Shown: positions 18,694 to 28,951, counted from the stretch's first letter. The stretch is 64,000 nt of DNA from Candidatus Caenarcanales bacterium (GCA_030065015.1 JASJDU010000020.1:1978-65977); one strand, 5' to 3'. Numbers and translations are program-made. Notes: generated from the sequence alone by a model not told the origin.

Positions 18694-19407
18694 ATGATAG
18701 TTATTGTAATTCCAGCGAGACTCAAAAGTACAAGGCTTGAGAGAAAACCCTTAGCAATGATCGGTGACTACCCAATGTTATGGTGGACTTGGAAAAAAGC
18801 ACAGAAGAGTAAACTCGCTAATAAAGTCATTATTGCAACTGATAGTACTGAGATTGTTGATCGAATGACTTCATATGGAGCTGAGTGCGTTATGACTCCA
18901 GAGGATTGTAAATCAGGATCCGATAGGATTTATCAAGCGACAAAAGATTCCCCGGAAGCAGAAATCATTGTTAATTTGCAAGGTGACGAGCCATTAATGA
19001 ATTTAGATACTCTCGATGGTTCAATAGAAACACTCCTCAGCAACTCCGACTGTGAAATTGCAACAGCTGTTTCGCCATTTAAAGACGTTAGCGATTGGGA
19101 AAATCCTAACAACGTGAAAGCTGTTTTCAATCAAAAGAATAAAGCAATATACTTTTCCAGATCTCCTCTAAAAAACGGCTTACTCCACATTGGGCTTTAT
19201 GTATATAGAAAAAGCTCTTTAGAAAAGTTTTGTAAATTAAGTCCATCTCCACTGGAAAATGCAGAACAATTAGAACAGTTAAGAGCAATAGAAAATGAGA
19301 TTCCAATTTATGTTTATAAAATTCATAATACTGAAATGGAACATTTTGGTATTGACACCCAGGAAGATCTAACAAGAGCTAGAGAAATATTATTATCCAC
19401 TAAATAG
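18694..19407 (+). CDS. kdsB: 3-deoxy-manno-octulosonate cytidylyltransferase (CMP-KDO synthetase)
   Basis: It has the IPARLKSTRL N-terminus and LQGDEPLM motif, at 237 aa. Confidence 0.85.
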   Translation: MIVIVIPARLKSTRLERKPLAMIGDYPMLWWTWKKAQKSKLANKVIIATDSTEIVDRMTSYGAECVMTPEDCKSGSDRIYQATKDSPEAEIIVNLQGDEPLMNLDTLDGSIETLLSNSDCEIATAVSPFKDVSDWENPNNVKAVFNQKNKAIYFSRSPLKNGLLHIGLYVYRKSSLEKFCKLSPSPLENAEQLEQLRAIENEIPIYVYKIHNTEMEHFGIDTQEDLTRAREILLSTK

Positions 19408-19597
19408 ATTTTAGATCCAGAGTTTTGATAGGCTTAGAATATCAACTCCAAATTAATCTTTTGGTACCAAGTTTCTCCCTATGAATTCGATAGTTTACTG
19501 AGATTTGCCTATAATCAAAGACATAAACTTGCTTGAAAAAGTAAATAACGGATAGGATCAAATAAATACCTAAAGAAAACAAAATTAACTGCTTATC

Positions 19598-20209
19598 ATG
19601 AAATGTTTTTCTTTTTTATTAACAATAAGTTTGATTCTCTCATCAAACTTTTCAGCTAACGCTCAGAACAGTAGTCCTTACAATTTTGGAGAAAATACGT
19701 ATGGTGAGGATTACTTAAGTACACCTCCCAAATCAGCACCATCATCAAAATTTAACGATACGGATTATTCTCTTGGACCCGATACTCAAAGTCCATACAA
19801 CTCACTAGACAATCCAGGAGACAGTGAGACACTCAGCACACCTCTAGATTCAAATTTCAGTTCAAACTCCACCTCAGGAGAACCTCCTTATACCCTTAAT
19901 GATCCCGAATATGGGGCTGAAGGAACAAGCTCTCCAGGTCCTTTTGAAAAAGTAGGACAATGGATTCAAAGAAAAACCAATCGACCAACCGGACAACCAG
20001 AGCTTGACTTAGCAAATCAAAGAATTCAAGCGGGGAAAGCAAGAATCAAAGCGGTTAAAGCAAGACAAAAGCTTGAAGATCATATAGCAGACTGTGGTTC
20101 CGAAACGGATAAATTGAAAAGAGAACTGCAAAGGGCAGAAGAACAAGCAAGCCTTTTAGAAAATCAAGTTAGATTTCAAGAATCTAATTCTGAAGAAAGC
20201 ACTTTCTAA
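19598..20209 (+). CDS. Secreted S/P/N-rich protein with a C-terminal coiled coil
   Basis: Signal peptide MKCFSFLLTISLILSSNFSANA, a low-complexity middle, and a K/R/E-rich helical C-terminus. Confidence 0.5.
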   Translation: MKCFSFLLTISLILSSNFSANAQNSSPYNFGENTYGEDYLSTPPKSAPSSKFNDTDYSLGPDTQSPYNSLDNPGDSETLSTPLDSNFSSNSTSGEPPYTLNDPEYGAEGTSSPGPFEKVGQWIQRKTNRPTGQPELDLANQRIQAGKARIKAVKARQKLEDHIADCGSETDKLKRELQRAEEQASLLENQVRFQESNSEESTF

Positions 20210-20457
20210 AACTCAAAATATAATCAAGCTTAAAGAAAAACGATTAATCAAGTATTAACATTGCCCAAGATTCCTTATTACACAGACTTTTTGTAATAAA
20301 TAGTGGATGAATTTTTAAATTTACACTTTAGAGTAAACCTTCACGGTCTTACAATATAAATACTCTAATCTTTAAGTCTAGGGTGTTCATACCAGTCTTT
20401 TTGGGTTAGTGGGATTTGAAAACGTATATTTCCTTAAATTATCAAAGGGGAGTAAAA

Positions 20458-20874
20458 ATGATTCTTAAAAAATTAACTTTAGCTTTTTGTTTTCTGGCAT
20501 TAGTTGGGCTAGGGATACCAAGCACACCGGTTAAGGCTGACGCCGGTTTAACATTGGGAATCATCGGCACTGCCCTTGGTGGTTCTGCACTGGGCTTGGG
20601 TCTTGCAAATAGATACTCTCTTTGGAGAAATAGACGCAGATTTGGTGGGCCTGGATTTGCAGCATATCCAGCTTACTATGGTGGCTATACAGCAATGCCC
20701 GTAGCTGGTGGCTGTGGAACAGCGTGCTATGCACCTCAAACCGTTAGTTGTTACCGTCCAGTTGTAAATTATGTTCCAGTCACTTATACCGTGCCAGCAC
20801 CAGTAAGTTGCTGTCCACCAGTAGGCTGTAATGCTCCCGTTGGATGTGGTGCCACTTACGGTTTATTTAGATAA
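20458..20874 (+). CDS. Small membrane or secreted protein with a glycine-zipper helix and a Cys/Pro/Tyr-rich tail
   Basis: Strong SD (AAGGGGAG) 7 nt before the ATG at 20458, then a signal peptide, GIIGTALGGSALGLGLA, and a CCPPVGCNAPVGCG tail. The longer ORF from 20416 would use a TTG start. Confidence 0.5.
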   Translation: MILKKLTLAFCFLALVGLGIPSTPVKADAGLTLGIIGTALGGSALGLGLANRYSLWRNRRRFGGPGFAAYPAYYGGYTAMPVAGGCGTACYAPQTVSCYRPVVNYVPVTYTVPAPVSCCPPVGCNAPVGCGATYGLFR

Positions 20875-21196
20875 ATCCCTCAAACTTAAAGCATACATTA
20901 AGAAATAAGATTGACCAAATTGAGGTGTTAATATAATGCTTAAATTGGCTTTCTTATTTTCTAGGAATTTGTAAGAGTATTAATTTTTCCCCAAAACAAG
21001 CAAGACAAAATACAAAGTATAGCGGCTAAATTACAAATCAACTCTTATGAAACTATATGAATTAAAAATATAAATAAATTATCAAAGTTAAGAACAAAAT
21101 ATACAAAATATGCCTCGCAAGACATATTAAGATTATATGATTGAAATATAGAATAGATTTTTATCTTAATTTATAAATTCAGGGGTTGATACTTTA

Positions 21197-23548
21197 ATGC
21201 AAGTTACAAAAAGAAATAATCAATTAGAGCCATTCAAGAGACAAAAAATAGAGAAAATACTTTTCAACGCAGCAAAAAGTATTGAAGGAATTAGTAGTGA
21301 AATAATTCTTACAGATATTGAATTACAGCTTTTCGATCGAATAACAACTAAAGACATTCACAAAGGTTTAATAGCCACTACGCTTCAACATGTACAATCA
21401 GAACCTCAATATAGTGACTTAGCATCCAAACTTTTATTATTCGATATTTATAAACAATCTCTCGGCAAATACTCCTTTGATGACCTAGGTAAAGCTTATA
21501 GAGATGTATTTCCAGCTTATATAAGAACTGCCATCGAGAAAAAGTTGTTGAGCCCGATCCTCCTTGAAAAGTTTGATCTTCAAAAGCTTGCAAGTGCAAT
21601 TGATCATAAAAACGACAATTTATTTAAATTCAACGGCCTATTCACTCTTTCAGACAGATACTTAATCAGAGACTTTAAAGATAATGAAAGGATTTTAGAA
21701 GCACCTCAATTTTTCTGGATGAGGGTTGCAATGGGTGTCTCATTGAACGAAGAGAATCCAACAGAGTGGGCAATAAACTTTTACAACAAAATGAGCAAAC
21801 TCGAATATCTTGCAGCTACGCCGACTTTATTCAATAGCGGAACACTTTATCCTCAACTAAGCTCATGTTTTGTTCTAGACCTCCCAGATAGTATTGAGGG
21901 AATTGCCGATGGAATTAAAGATGTGATGTTCCTCGAGAAGCACTCAGGAGGCATCGGAATGAATGTCTCTAGACTCCGTTCGGCTGATAGTGTTATTGAA
22001 TCAATTCAAGGTAAATCATCAGGACCAGTTCCATTTCTCAAGATGTTTGATTCCGTTGTGGCAGGGGTCTCACAAGGTGGACGACGTCGAGGCAGTATGG
22101 CAATTTATGTAGAACCTTGGCATCTTAACATTGAAGATTTTATTCGTCTCAAAGCAAGAACCGGAGATGACACACAAAGACTGCGGGTACTAAACACAGT
22201 AATATGGGCTAATGACGAGTTCTTTGAAAGAGTTAAAACCGATCAACCATGGTATTTATTCGATCCTAATGAAGTAAAAGATCTTTGTGATTTATACGGA
22301 GATGAATTCCAGAAAAGATATTTGGAATATATACACCTAGCACAAAGAGGAGAACTACAAAATTACAGAGTTGTAAAAGCAAAAGACTTATTCAATAAAA
22401 TTTTAACGGCCTTAATTGAAACAGCTCACCCCTGGATAACTTTCAAAGATGCAGCAAATAAAAACTGCCCAATAAATCACAAAACATTGGTTCATTCAAC
22501 AAATTTATGTACAGAAATCTTTTTACCTACCGATGCTCAAACAACTGCAGTTTGCAACCTTACGAGTCTCAACCTATCTCGTCATTTGAACGAAAACAAA
22601 TCCGACTTTGATTACGATAAGATTCGTGAATCCGTAAGATTGGCAGTTAGGCAGTTGGATAATGTAATTGATGTTAATTATTACCCAACTGATAAAGCAC
22701 GCAAAGGAAATCAAGAATATAGACCGGTAGGTTTAGGGGTGATGGGATTTGCAGATGCTTTAGAACAATTACAAGTACCATACGGTAGTGAAGTAGCTGA
22801 AAATTTAACAAATAGAATCTTCAAGATTATGAAAGAAGAGTCTATTAATACTTCATCAGAGTTAGCAAACGAGAGAGGCAATTTCCCCGAATATAAAGGA
22901 AGTGCTTGGGACAAACAAGGAACTCCGATGAGAAATGGAACTTTAATGGCGGTAGCTCCCACCGTGACCATTTCTATGATTGCGGGAACAAGCCAAAGCT
23001 TAGATCCTAATTACAGTAATTTCTTCACTCGAAATAATATTGCTGGAAAGTTTGCAGAATTCAATATAAACCTTGTAAATGTTCTTAAGACATTAGGGCT
23101 CTGGGAGCAAGTACACCAAGATGTTTTATTAGCGTCTGGATCTATACAAGAAATAAAAGATATTCCAGATCACATAAAAGAAGTTTTCAAAACTGCTTTC
23201 GAATTGGATCAAAAAGCAGTAGTAAAAATAGCTTCCATTGCTCAAGAACATATAGATCAAGGTATTAGTAGAAATCTATACTTTGATACTAAAAATATTG
23301 AAGAATTAACTGAGATTTATATGTATGCTTGGGAGTCAGGTTTAAAGAGCACTTATTACGCATTCTTCTCTCCATCAGCAAAAACAGAAGGTAAGTTTTT
23401 ATATAAAGAGGATAAGAAAGAAACAGAGCCTAAACTCAAGACAGAATCTTCAATAACAAGCAGCAATCCAGCAAAGAAAGAAGAGCCTGTAGCTTGCAGC
23501 TTAAACCCCAATGATCCAGAATTCGAGCATTGCGAATCTTGTCAGTAA
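21197..23548 (+). CDS. nrdA: Ribonucleoside-diphosphate reductase large subunit (class-I-like) with an N-terminal ATP-cone
   Basis: ATP-cone VTKRNNQLEPFKRQKIEKIL, then ATPTLFNSGT...QLSSCFVL and STNLCTEIFLPT active-site motifs, and C-terminal cysteines. No nrdB lies adjacent. Confidence 0.8.
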   Translation: MQVTKRNNQLEPFKRQKIEKILFNAAKSIEGISSEIILTDIELQLFDRITTKDIHKGLIATTLQHVQSEPQYSDLASKLLLFDIYKQSLGKYSFDDLGKAYRDVFPAYIRTAIEKKLLSPILLEKFDLQKLASAIDHKNDNLFKFNGLFTLSDRYLIRDFKDNERILEAPQFFWMRVAMGVSLNEENPTEWAINFYNKMSKLEYLAATPTLFNSGTLYPQLSSCFVLDLPDSIEGIADGIKDVMFLEKHSGGIGMNVSRLRSADSVIESIQGKSSGPVPFLKMFDSVVAGVSQGGRRRGSMAIYVEPWHLNIEDFIRLKARTGDDTQRLRVLNTVIWANDEFFERVKTDQPWYLFDPNEVKDLCDLYGDEFQKRYLEYIHLAQRGELQNYRVVKAKDLFNKILTALIETAHPWITFKDAANKNCPINHKTLVHSTNLCTEIFLPTDAQTTAVCNLTSLNLSRHLNENKSDFDYDKIRESVRLAVRQLDNVIDVNYYPTDKARKGNQEYRPVGLGVMGFADALEQLQVPYGSEVAENLTNRIFKIMKEESINTSSELANERGNFPEYKGSAWDKQGTPMRNGTLMAVAPTVTISMIAGTSQSLDPNYSNFFTRNNIAGKFAEFNINLVNVLKTLGLWEQVHQDVLLASGSIQEIKDIPDHIKEVFKTAFELDQKAVVKIASIAQEHIDQGISRNLYFDTKNIEELTEIYMYAWESGLKSTYYAFFSPSAKTEGKFLYKEDKKETEPKLKTESSITSSNPAKKEEPVACSLNPNDPEFEHCESCQ

Positions 23549-23555
23549 CAAAAAT

Positions 23556-23596
23556 AAAAAGCCTAAGATACTTTTCAACTGTCTTAGGCTTTTCTC
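23556..23596. terminator. Bidirectional rho-independent terminator between convergent genes
   Basis: Perfect 11-bp stem aaagcctaaga/tcttaggcttt (23558-23568 and 23582-23592) with a 13-nt loop, flanked by an A-run upstream and a T-run downstream. Confidence 0.6.
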
Positions 23597-23598
23597 AA

Positions 23599-24375
23599 CT
23601 ATCTTCTCCAAGAAAAACCTAAAGGTCTTTGGTTTGAAATTGGTATTGCTTTTGGATTATTGTTAGCAGTTGTAAGGCCCCCTTGTCTACTAAAAACTCT
23701 TCTAAACCAATTGGACATTCCACCACTTCCAACAGTTTGTTTTGGACCGTTCAAGATTCCTAAAACAGCTGAGTTTGGTTCTTTTCCTCTTTGAATTCCT
23801 GTATTGGAATCAGGGTTGAGAACTATTCTAGGATTCCTTCGATAGTTAAGCTTATTGGAATTACCCAAGTTCATTGCACTATTACGTTGAACCAAATCAG
23901 CTGGTTGACCGTATTGTGGTTTATAAGCTTGGTAGGTTCCATTTTGACCATAAGGACTAGGATATGCTTGTTGTTGCATCATTGCAGATGGCATTTGTTG
24001 ACCATACGGATTATTAGATTGATATGGATTCGTATAAGGCTGTGCAAAAGAAGCAACTGGCTGAGTTGGTTGTATAACAGGTGCTTGTGGGATTGGAGAG
24101 GCTTGATTCAAAATTGCTTTCTGTCCAGAAAGATAAACCCCATTGCCTGGAACATAAGCACTTGCACTTTGTTGACCATTAGGACTAGAGATCTGCTGAT
24201 TAGCCAACTGCGATGGGATATTAAGACTACTGGATGCAGCTGGGCTCATAACCGCCTGTGGGCCATAGGCACTATTGTAAGGTGCAGATTGAGTATAAGA
24301 TGCAGTCAACAATAGTGAATTCACTAAAAAGCTTATTATTAATCTATTTCTTGATTTGTTCATTGACTTCTTCAT
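23599..24375 (-). CDS. Secreted Q/P/Y/N-rich low-complexity protein
   Basis: Signal peptide, then NPYGQQ / PYGQNGTYQAYKPQYGQP repeats. Confidence 0.5.
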   Translation of the reverse strand: MKKSMNKSRNRLIISFLVNSLLLTASYTQSAPYNSAYGPQAVMSPAASSSLNIPSQLANQQISSPNGQQSASAYVPGNGVYLSGQKAILNQASPIPQAPVIQPTQPVASFAQPYTNPYQSNNPYGQQMPSAMMQQQAYPSPYGQNGTYQAYKPQYGQPADLVQRNSAMNLGNSNKLNYRRNPRIVLNPDSNTGIQRGKEPNSAVLGILNGPKQTVGSGGMSNWFRRVFSRQGGLTTANNNPKAIPISNQRPLGFSWRR

Positions 24376-24612
24376 TTTCTAGAGGGCCTTATAATGTAAC
24401 GTTACAATATATTGTATTTAGGAACAAGAATTACTAATTAAAATAAGCCCATTTGCAATAACCCTTAAACTCTAATGATGAAAATTCGGAGTGAAAGTTC
24501 CTCAAGAAATGAGTTAGGATGTATATTAATAAAGTTCATGCGAAGAGCTATATTGAACAACTTTCACTTTTATTCAGTTAAGTTGTGAGTTAATGCTTGT
24601 TTTAATTATAAT

Positions 24613-25902
24613 ATGGTTTGTGTTGTAATCTCTGGTGGTCAATGGGGTGATGAAGGTAAAGCAAAAATTACTGATTTGCTTTCGGATAAAGCTGACTTTA
24701 TTGTTAGATACCAAGGAGGAGCTAATGCTGGACACACGGTATCCACAAAAGAGGGTCTTTTCAAGTTTCATTTAATACCCTCTGGAATTTTATTTGACAA
24801 TAAAACTTGCATCATTGGCCCTGGAACAGTAATTGAGCCAGGCTTTCTAATTAATGAAATTGAGAATTTAAAAAAACAAGGTATTAACCTACAAGGCCTA
24901 AAAATTTCTGGATTAGCTCACATCACAATGCCTTGGCATATTGATATTGATAAGGCTGCAGATACAGTAGGATCCACAGGAAAAGGCATTGGCCCAACTT
25001 ATACTGATAAAGCTAAAAGGCACGGTATTCAGCTTCATGATTTACTATCAGAAAAAACTTTAAGAGAAAAATTACAAAGGGTACTTCCAAAACAAAACCA
25101 AGCACTTCAAAAAATACACAATTTAAATGCTTATAGTGAGGATGAAATAGTAGAAAAGTATCTCAAGTACGGAGAATTCTTTAAACCCTATCTAGGAGAC
25201 GTTATTAACGATCTATATAAAGCAAGAAAGGATGAAAAAAATATTCTGTTTGAAGGTGCCCAAGGGACATTATTGGACATTACTTTCGGCTCTTATCCTT
25301 ACGTAACCAGTTCAACACCGGTTTCTGGAGGAGCTTGTGTAGGCTCCGGAGTCGGCCCAACAATTATTGACAAATCAATAGGTGTTTTCAAATGTTTTTC
25401 TACAAGAGTAGGTGACGGACCTTTCCCATCCGAATTAGCTTATGATAGTCAAGAGGCAATTAAACTGCGACAAGATGGCACTCAATGGGCAGAATTTGGA
25501 ACTACAACCGGGAGAATGAGAAGAGTCGGGTGGTTTGATGCAGTTTTAGCAAAATATGCAGTTAGAGTTAATTCTTTTACTGGAATAGCACTAACCAAAC
25601 TTGATACTTTAGATAGCTTTGATGAAATAAATATTTGTATAGCCTACTTAAACAAAGAGACAGGTGAAATGATTCAAGAATTACCTTATGCAAGCTCATC
25701 ATTACTTTCTCAATGTGAACCAGTTTTTCAGTCTTTTCCAGGCTGGAATGAGCTGATACATGGATCCAAATCATGGGATAGCCTCCCTAGCAAAGCGCAA
25801 AAATATGTTGAGTTAATAAGTAGGACTCTTGAAACCCCTGTAAATATAGTGAGCACAGGACCAGATCGAGAGCATAGTATTTTTCTTGATGACATTTTTT
25901 AA
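24613..25902 (+). CDS. purA: Adenylosuccinate synthetase
   Basis: GGQWGDEGKAKITD P-loop, GHTV, and GTTTGRMRRVGWFD motifs. Confidence 0.95.
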   Translation: MVCVVISGGQWGDEGKAKITDLLSDKADFIVRYQGGANAGHTVSTKEGLFKFHLIPSGILFDNKTCIIGPGTVIEPGFLINEIENLKKQGINLQGLKISGLAHITMPWHIDIDKAADTVGSTGKGIGPTYTDKAKRHGIQLHDLLSEKTLREKLQRVLPKQNQALQKIHNLNAYSEDEIVEKYLKYGEFFKPYLGDVINDLYKARKDEKNILFEGAQGTLLDITFGSYPYVTSSTPVSGGACVGSGVGPTIIDKSIGVFKCFSTRVGDGPFPSELAYDSQEAIKLRQDGTQWAEFGTTTGRMRRVGWFDAVLAKYAVRVNSFTGIALTKLDTLDSFDEINICIAYLNKETGEMIQELPYASSSLLSQCEPVFQSFPGWNELIHGSKSWDSLPSKAQKYVELISRTLETPVNIVSTGPDREHSIFLDDIF

Positions 25903-26017
25903 GCAAACACTTATGACCTAGCTCTTCAACTATTCTTAAATTAACCAATTAGCTAGTAATATATTTAGTCTTTTTTGCTTTAATAGAAGAATAGATATTG
26001 CCTAACTACTTATAAAA

Positions 26018-26710
26018 ATGATTAGAGTTTGTTTTTCTTTACTCACCTTTGCACTGTTAACGTCCCTCATTGTGGATCTGCCATCTTTTTCTGGCGATAG
26101 AGAAACTGCAAAGGTACAGTTGGCCACTGCTGCTCTAAGAGAAATCACAAAGATTCCCGAAAAAACAATACCTCCAAGTCTCTTAAAAAATGCTTATGGA
26201 ATAGCGGTCATTCCTGAGATATTTAAAGTTGGATTTGTTTTAGGAGGTCAAAGAGGAATAGGAATATTAACTATAAAACAAGTTAATGGAAATTGGAGTT
26301 ACCCTACTTTTATTAGCTTAACCTCTGGCAGTATAGGTTATCAGGGAGGCGCCCAACTCAGTGATGCAATTCTTGTATTCAAAACCCCAAAAAGCATTAA
26401 ATCAATTAGGGATGGTAAGTTCACACTTGGTGCAGATGCCTCTATAGCAGCTGGTCCAGTGGGAAGGAAAGCAACTGCAGCCACTGATTTGAAACTAGAC
26501 GCTGAAATTTATTCATATTCTCGTAGCAAAGGTTTATTTGCGGGGGTTTCGTTAGAGGGAGCTTCACTAAAAATAGATTCCAAATCCAATGAAAGATATT
26601 ACAAGAATAAATATGTTTCGACTAACCAAATACTCTCCTCAAAAGCAGTTAGGTTACCAAATAGTGGAAAACAGTTCTTAAACGAAATTTATAAACGTGT
26701 AGATCATTAG
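26018..26710 (+). CDS. SYLF (DUF500/Ysc84-like) lipid-binding-domain protein, secreted
   Basis: A signal peptide is followed by the typical AYGIAVIP...GGQRGIGIL...SIGYQGGA...GADASIAAGPVGR pattern. Confidence 0.6.
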   Translation: MIRVCFSLLTFALLTSLIVDLPSFSGDRETAKVQLATAALREITKIPEKTIPPSLLKNAYGIAVIPEIFKVGFVLGGQRGIGILTIKQVNGNWSYPTFISLTSGSIGYQGGAQLSDAILVFKTPKSIKSIRDGKFTLGADASIAAGPVGRKATAATDLKLDAEIYSYSRSKGLFAGVSLEGASLKIDSKSNERYYKNKYVSTNQILSSKAVRLPNSGKQFLNEIYKRVDH

Positions 26711-26739
26711 AGAAGACTAATCTAATTAAACTTAAACCC

Positions 26740-27417
26740 TCAATTTAATAAACTAAGAATGTCTTGATAGACTTTATTCATATTTTGATTACCATCGATT
26801 GAATTAAGTAAGTTTTTTTCCTGATAAAAACTTATCAATGGAGCTGTTTCCTTATTGTAAGTGCTTAATCTCGCTTGAACAAGTTCTTTTTTATCATCAT
26901 CTCTTTGATAAAGAGCGGAACCGCACAAGTCACAAATATCTTTTTCTTTAGGTGGAGAAAAAGTTGAGTGATAAACTGCACCACAATTCTTATTTGTACA
27001 GTTACGTCTTCCAGTAATCCTTTCAACTAACTTATCATCATCCAAACTAATTGCAATTACAGAGTCTAAATTCAGATCATTGTCTTTCAACAGATTATCC
27101 AACGATTCAGCTTGGACAATATTTCGTGGAAAGCCATCCAATAAAAAATGTTTTTCTTGTTTTTTTATTTCTTCAAGCTTACTCAATATTAGACCGATGA
27201 CCAGAGAGTCAGGAATCAGTTTACCTTCTTTAACATATTCCTTTGCTTCAATACCTAAGTCCGTTTCATTTTTGATTGCCTCTCTGATCAAGCTTCCAGT
27301 ATCTATCTTAATTAAATTACTGAAATCCTTAGCTAGTCTTTGAGCTTGAGTTCCTTTGCCAGCACCAGGAGGACCTAACAATAAAAGGTTTTTTGAGAAT
27401 TCACTTTGTTGTTTCAT
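26740..27417 (-). CDS. adk: Adenylate kinase with a Zn-ribbon lid
   Basis: GPPGAGKGTQ P-loop and CxxC...CxxC lid. Confidence 0.95.
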   Translation of the reverse strand: MKQQSEFSKNLLLLGPPGAGKGTQAQRLAKDFSNLIKIDTGSLIREAIKNETDLGIEAKEYVKEGKLIPDSLVIGLILSKLEEIKKQEKHFLLDGFPRNIVQAESLDNLLKDNDLNLDSVIAISLDDDKLVERITGRRNCTNKNCGAVYHSTFSPPKEKDICDLCGSALYQRDDDKKELVQARLSTYNKETAPLISFYQEKNLLNSIDGNQNMNKVYQDILSLLN

Positions 27418-27419
27418 GA

Positions 27420-28910
27420 TTACTTACTTAAAAGGGTTCGAACTTGATACTGGTGAGCTTGAGTATAAGCAATAATTTGAGTGTGTAAATCTATTGCAAC
27501 ACCAACCATAATAATGAGAGAAGTACCTCCAAGAGCTCCCAAAGTTGTCACTTCACATAATTTTTCAACATGTATGGGAAGAATTGTTATTAAGCCAATC
27601 AAGCAAGCTCCAATGAAGACAATTCTATTTAAAACTTTTTCTATATATTCAGCAGTAGGTTTACCGGGTTTAATACCCTGAATAGCATTTCCTCCTTTTT
27701 GTAGGTTTTCTGCCATATCTTTTGGGTTAAGAAGAATAGAAGCATAGAAAAAAGCAAACAAAATAATCAAAGAAATATAAAACAACGAATGCTCCCAGGT
27801 AGAATAAGCAAATAACCTGTCGCAAAATCCTCCAAGAGCTTCAAATATTTTATTAATAGGATTTACTGACAAAATTGGAGCGAATATATTGCCAAAAAAT
27901 TCACCTTCCACAAAGATTTTCCTGAAACTAGCAGATATAGATAAATTGGGTTGTCCCGTTGCAAAAGTGAACAACTGAAGAGGCATATACATCGTTGCAC
28001 TTGCAAAAATCAGTGGGAGAACTCCAGCCGGATTAACTTTCAAAGGAAGATAATGACCACTGACGTTAGCATAAGAAGACATGGGAAAAGACGAAGAACC
28101 ACCACCTCCCATATTACTTCTAGCACCAACTATTAATAATTTTCGAGAACCCTCTTGAATGTATATAATAGCCAAAACTATAAGAGCAAAAAACACAATT
28201 AATGTAATCAAACCCCAAGTTGGAGTAGTTCCAGATTCCCAAGCTTGTAAAGTTTGACCAAACATCTGAGGTAACCGAGCGGCTATTCCAGCAAAAATTA
28301 AAAGAGAACCGCCATTACCAATTCCAAATTCACTGATTAGTTCTCCAATCCACATAACAAAAGCACTTCCTGCCGCCAAACTAATAATCGATTTTAGATA
28401 AAAAAGCCAAGCCGCCTCTTCAGGAGAAGCTAACCCTGATAAATATAACCACCTTGTTAAAGCGAAAGATTGAATTATCGCTAACAGAATCGACAGTCTC
28501 CTAACCCACTGTTGATATTCTTTCCTTCCCGACTCACCCTGTTCCTGTTGAAGAGCTTTTAATTGAGGGAAAACTTCATTAAGGAGTTGCATCATGATTG
28601 AAGCCGTAATATAAGGCCCAATACCGAGAGCAAAAACGGATAAATTACTTAAAGCTCCTCCTGCAAACAAGTCAACCAAACCTAAAAGGTTACTACTCAG
28701 CAGATTACCAGCCTTACTCATCATATCATGGTTGATTCCAGACAGAGGTATTTGAACGCCGAGTCGATAGAATGCAAGTAGTCCAATAGTCATAGAGACT
28801 CTCTGAAGAAGTCCTGTTTGAACAAAAGAGTCCCACGACGGGATCTGAGATGAAACTGAAGTAGTTTTCTGGCTACCTTTTTGAAATTTGCTTTTTGTTA
28901 AATTTGACAC
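27420..28910 (-). CDS. secY: Preprotein translocase SecY
   Basis: Ten TM helices with conserved SecY segments. The longest ORF may over-extend the N-terminus. Confidence 0.9.
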   Translation of the reverse strand: MSNLTKSKFQKGSQKTTSVSSQIPSWDSFVQTGLLQRVSMTIGLLAFYRLGVQIPLSGINHDMMSKAGNLLSSNLLGLVDLFAGGALSNLSVFALGIGPYITASIMMQLLNEVFPQLKALQQEQGESGRKEYQQWVRRLSILLAIIQSFALTRWLYLSGLASPEEAAWLFYLKSIISLAAGSAFVMWIGELISEFGIGNGGSLLIFAGIAARLPQMFGQTLQAWESGTTPTWGLITLIVFFALIVLAIIYIQEGSRKLLIVGARSNMGGGGSSSFPMSSYANVSGHYLPLKVNPAGVLPLIFASATMYMPLQLFTFATGQPNLSISASFRKIFVEGEFFGNIFAPILSVNPINKIFEALGGFCDRLFAYSTWEHSLFYISLIILFAFFYASILLNPKDMAENLQKGGNAIQGIKPGKPTAEYIEKVLNRIVFIGACLIGLITILPIHVEKLCEVTTLGALGGTSLIIMVGVAIDLHTQIIAYTQAHQYQVRTLLSK

Positions 28911-28951
28911 TCAATCAATTGTTAAGAATGATTATCGAAATAAAATATGGA

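Noticed and set aside
23791-24315. 174-aa ORF antisense to the Q/P/Y-rich secreted gene
   Set aside because: It is the mirror frame of a low-complexity gene. The minus-strand ORF has a signal peptide and a terminator, so the plus-strand frame is the artefact.
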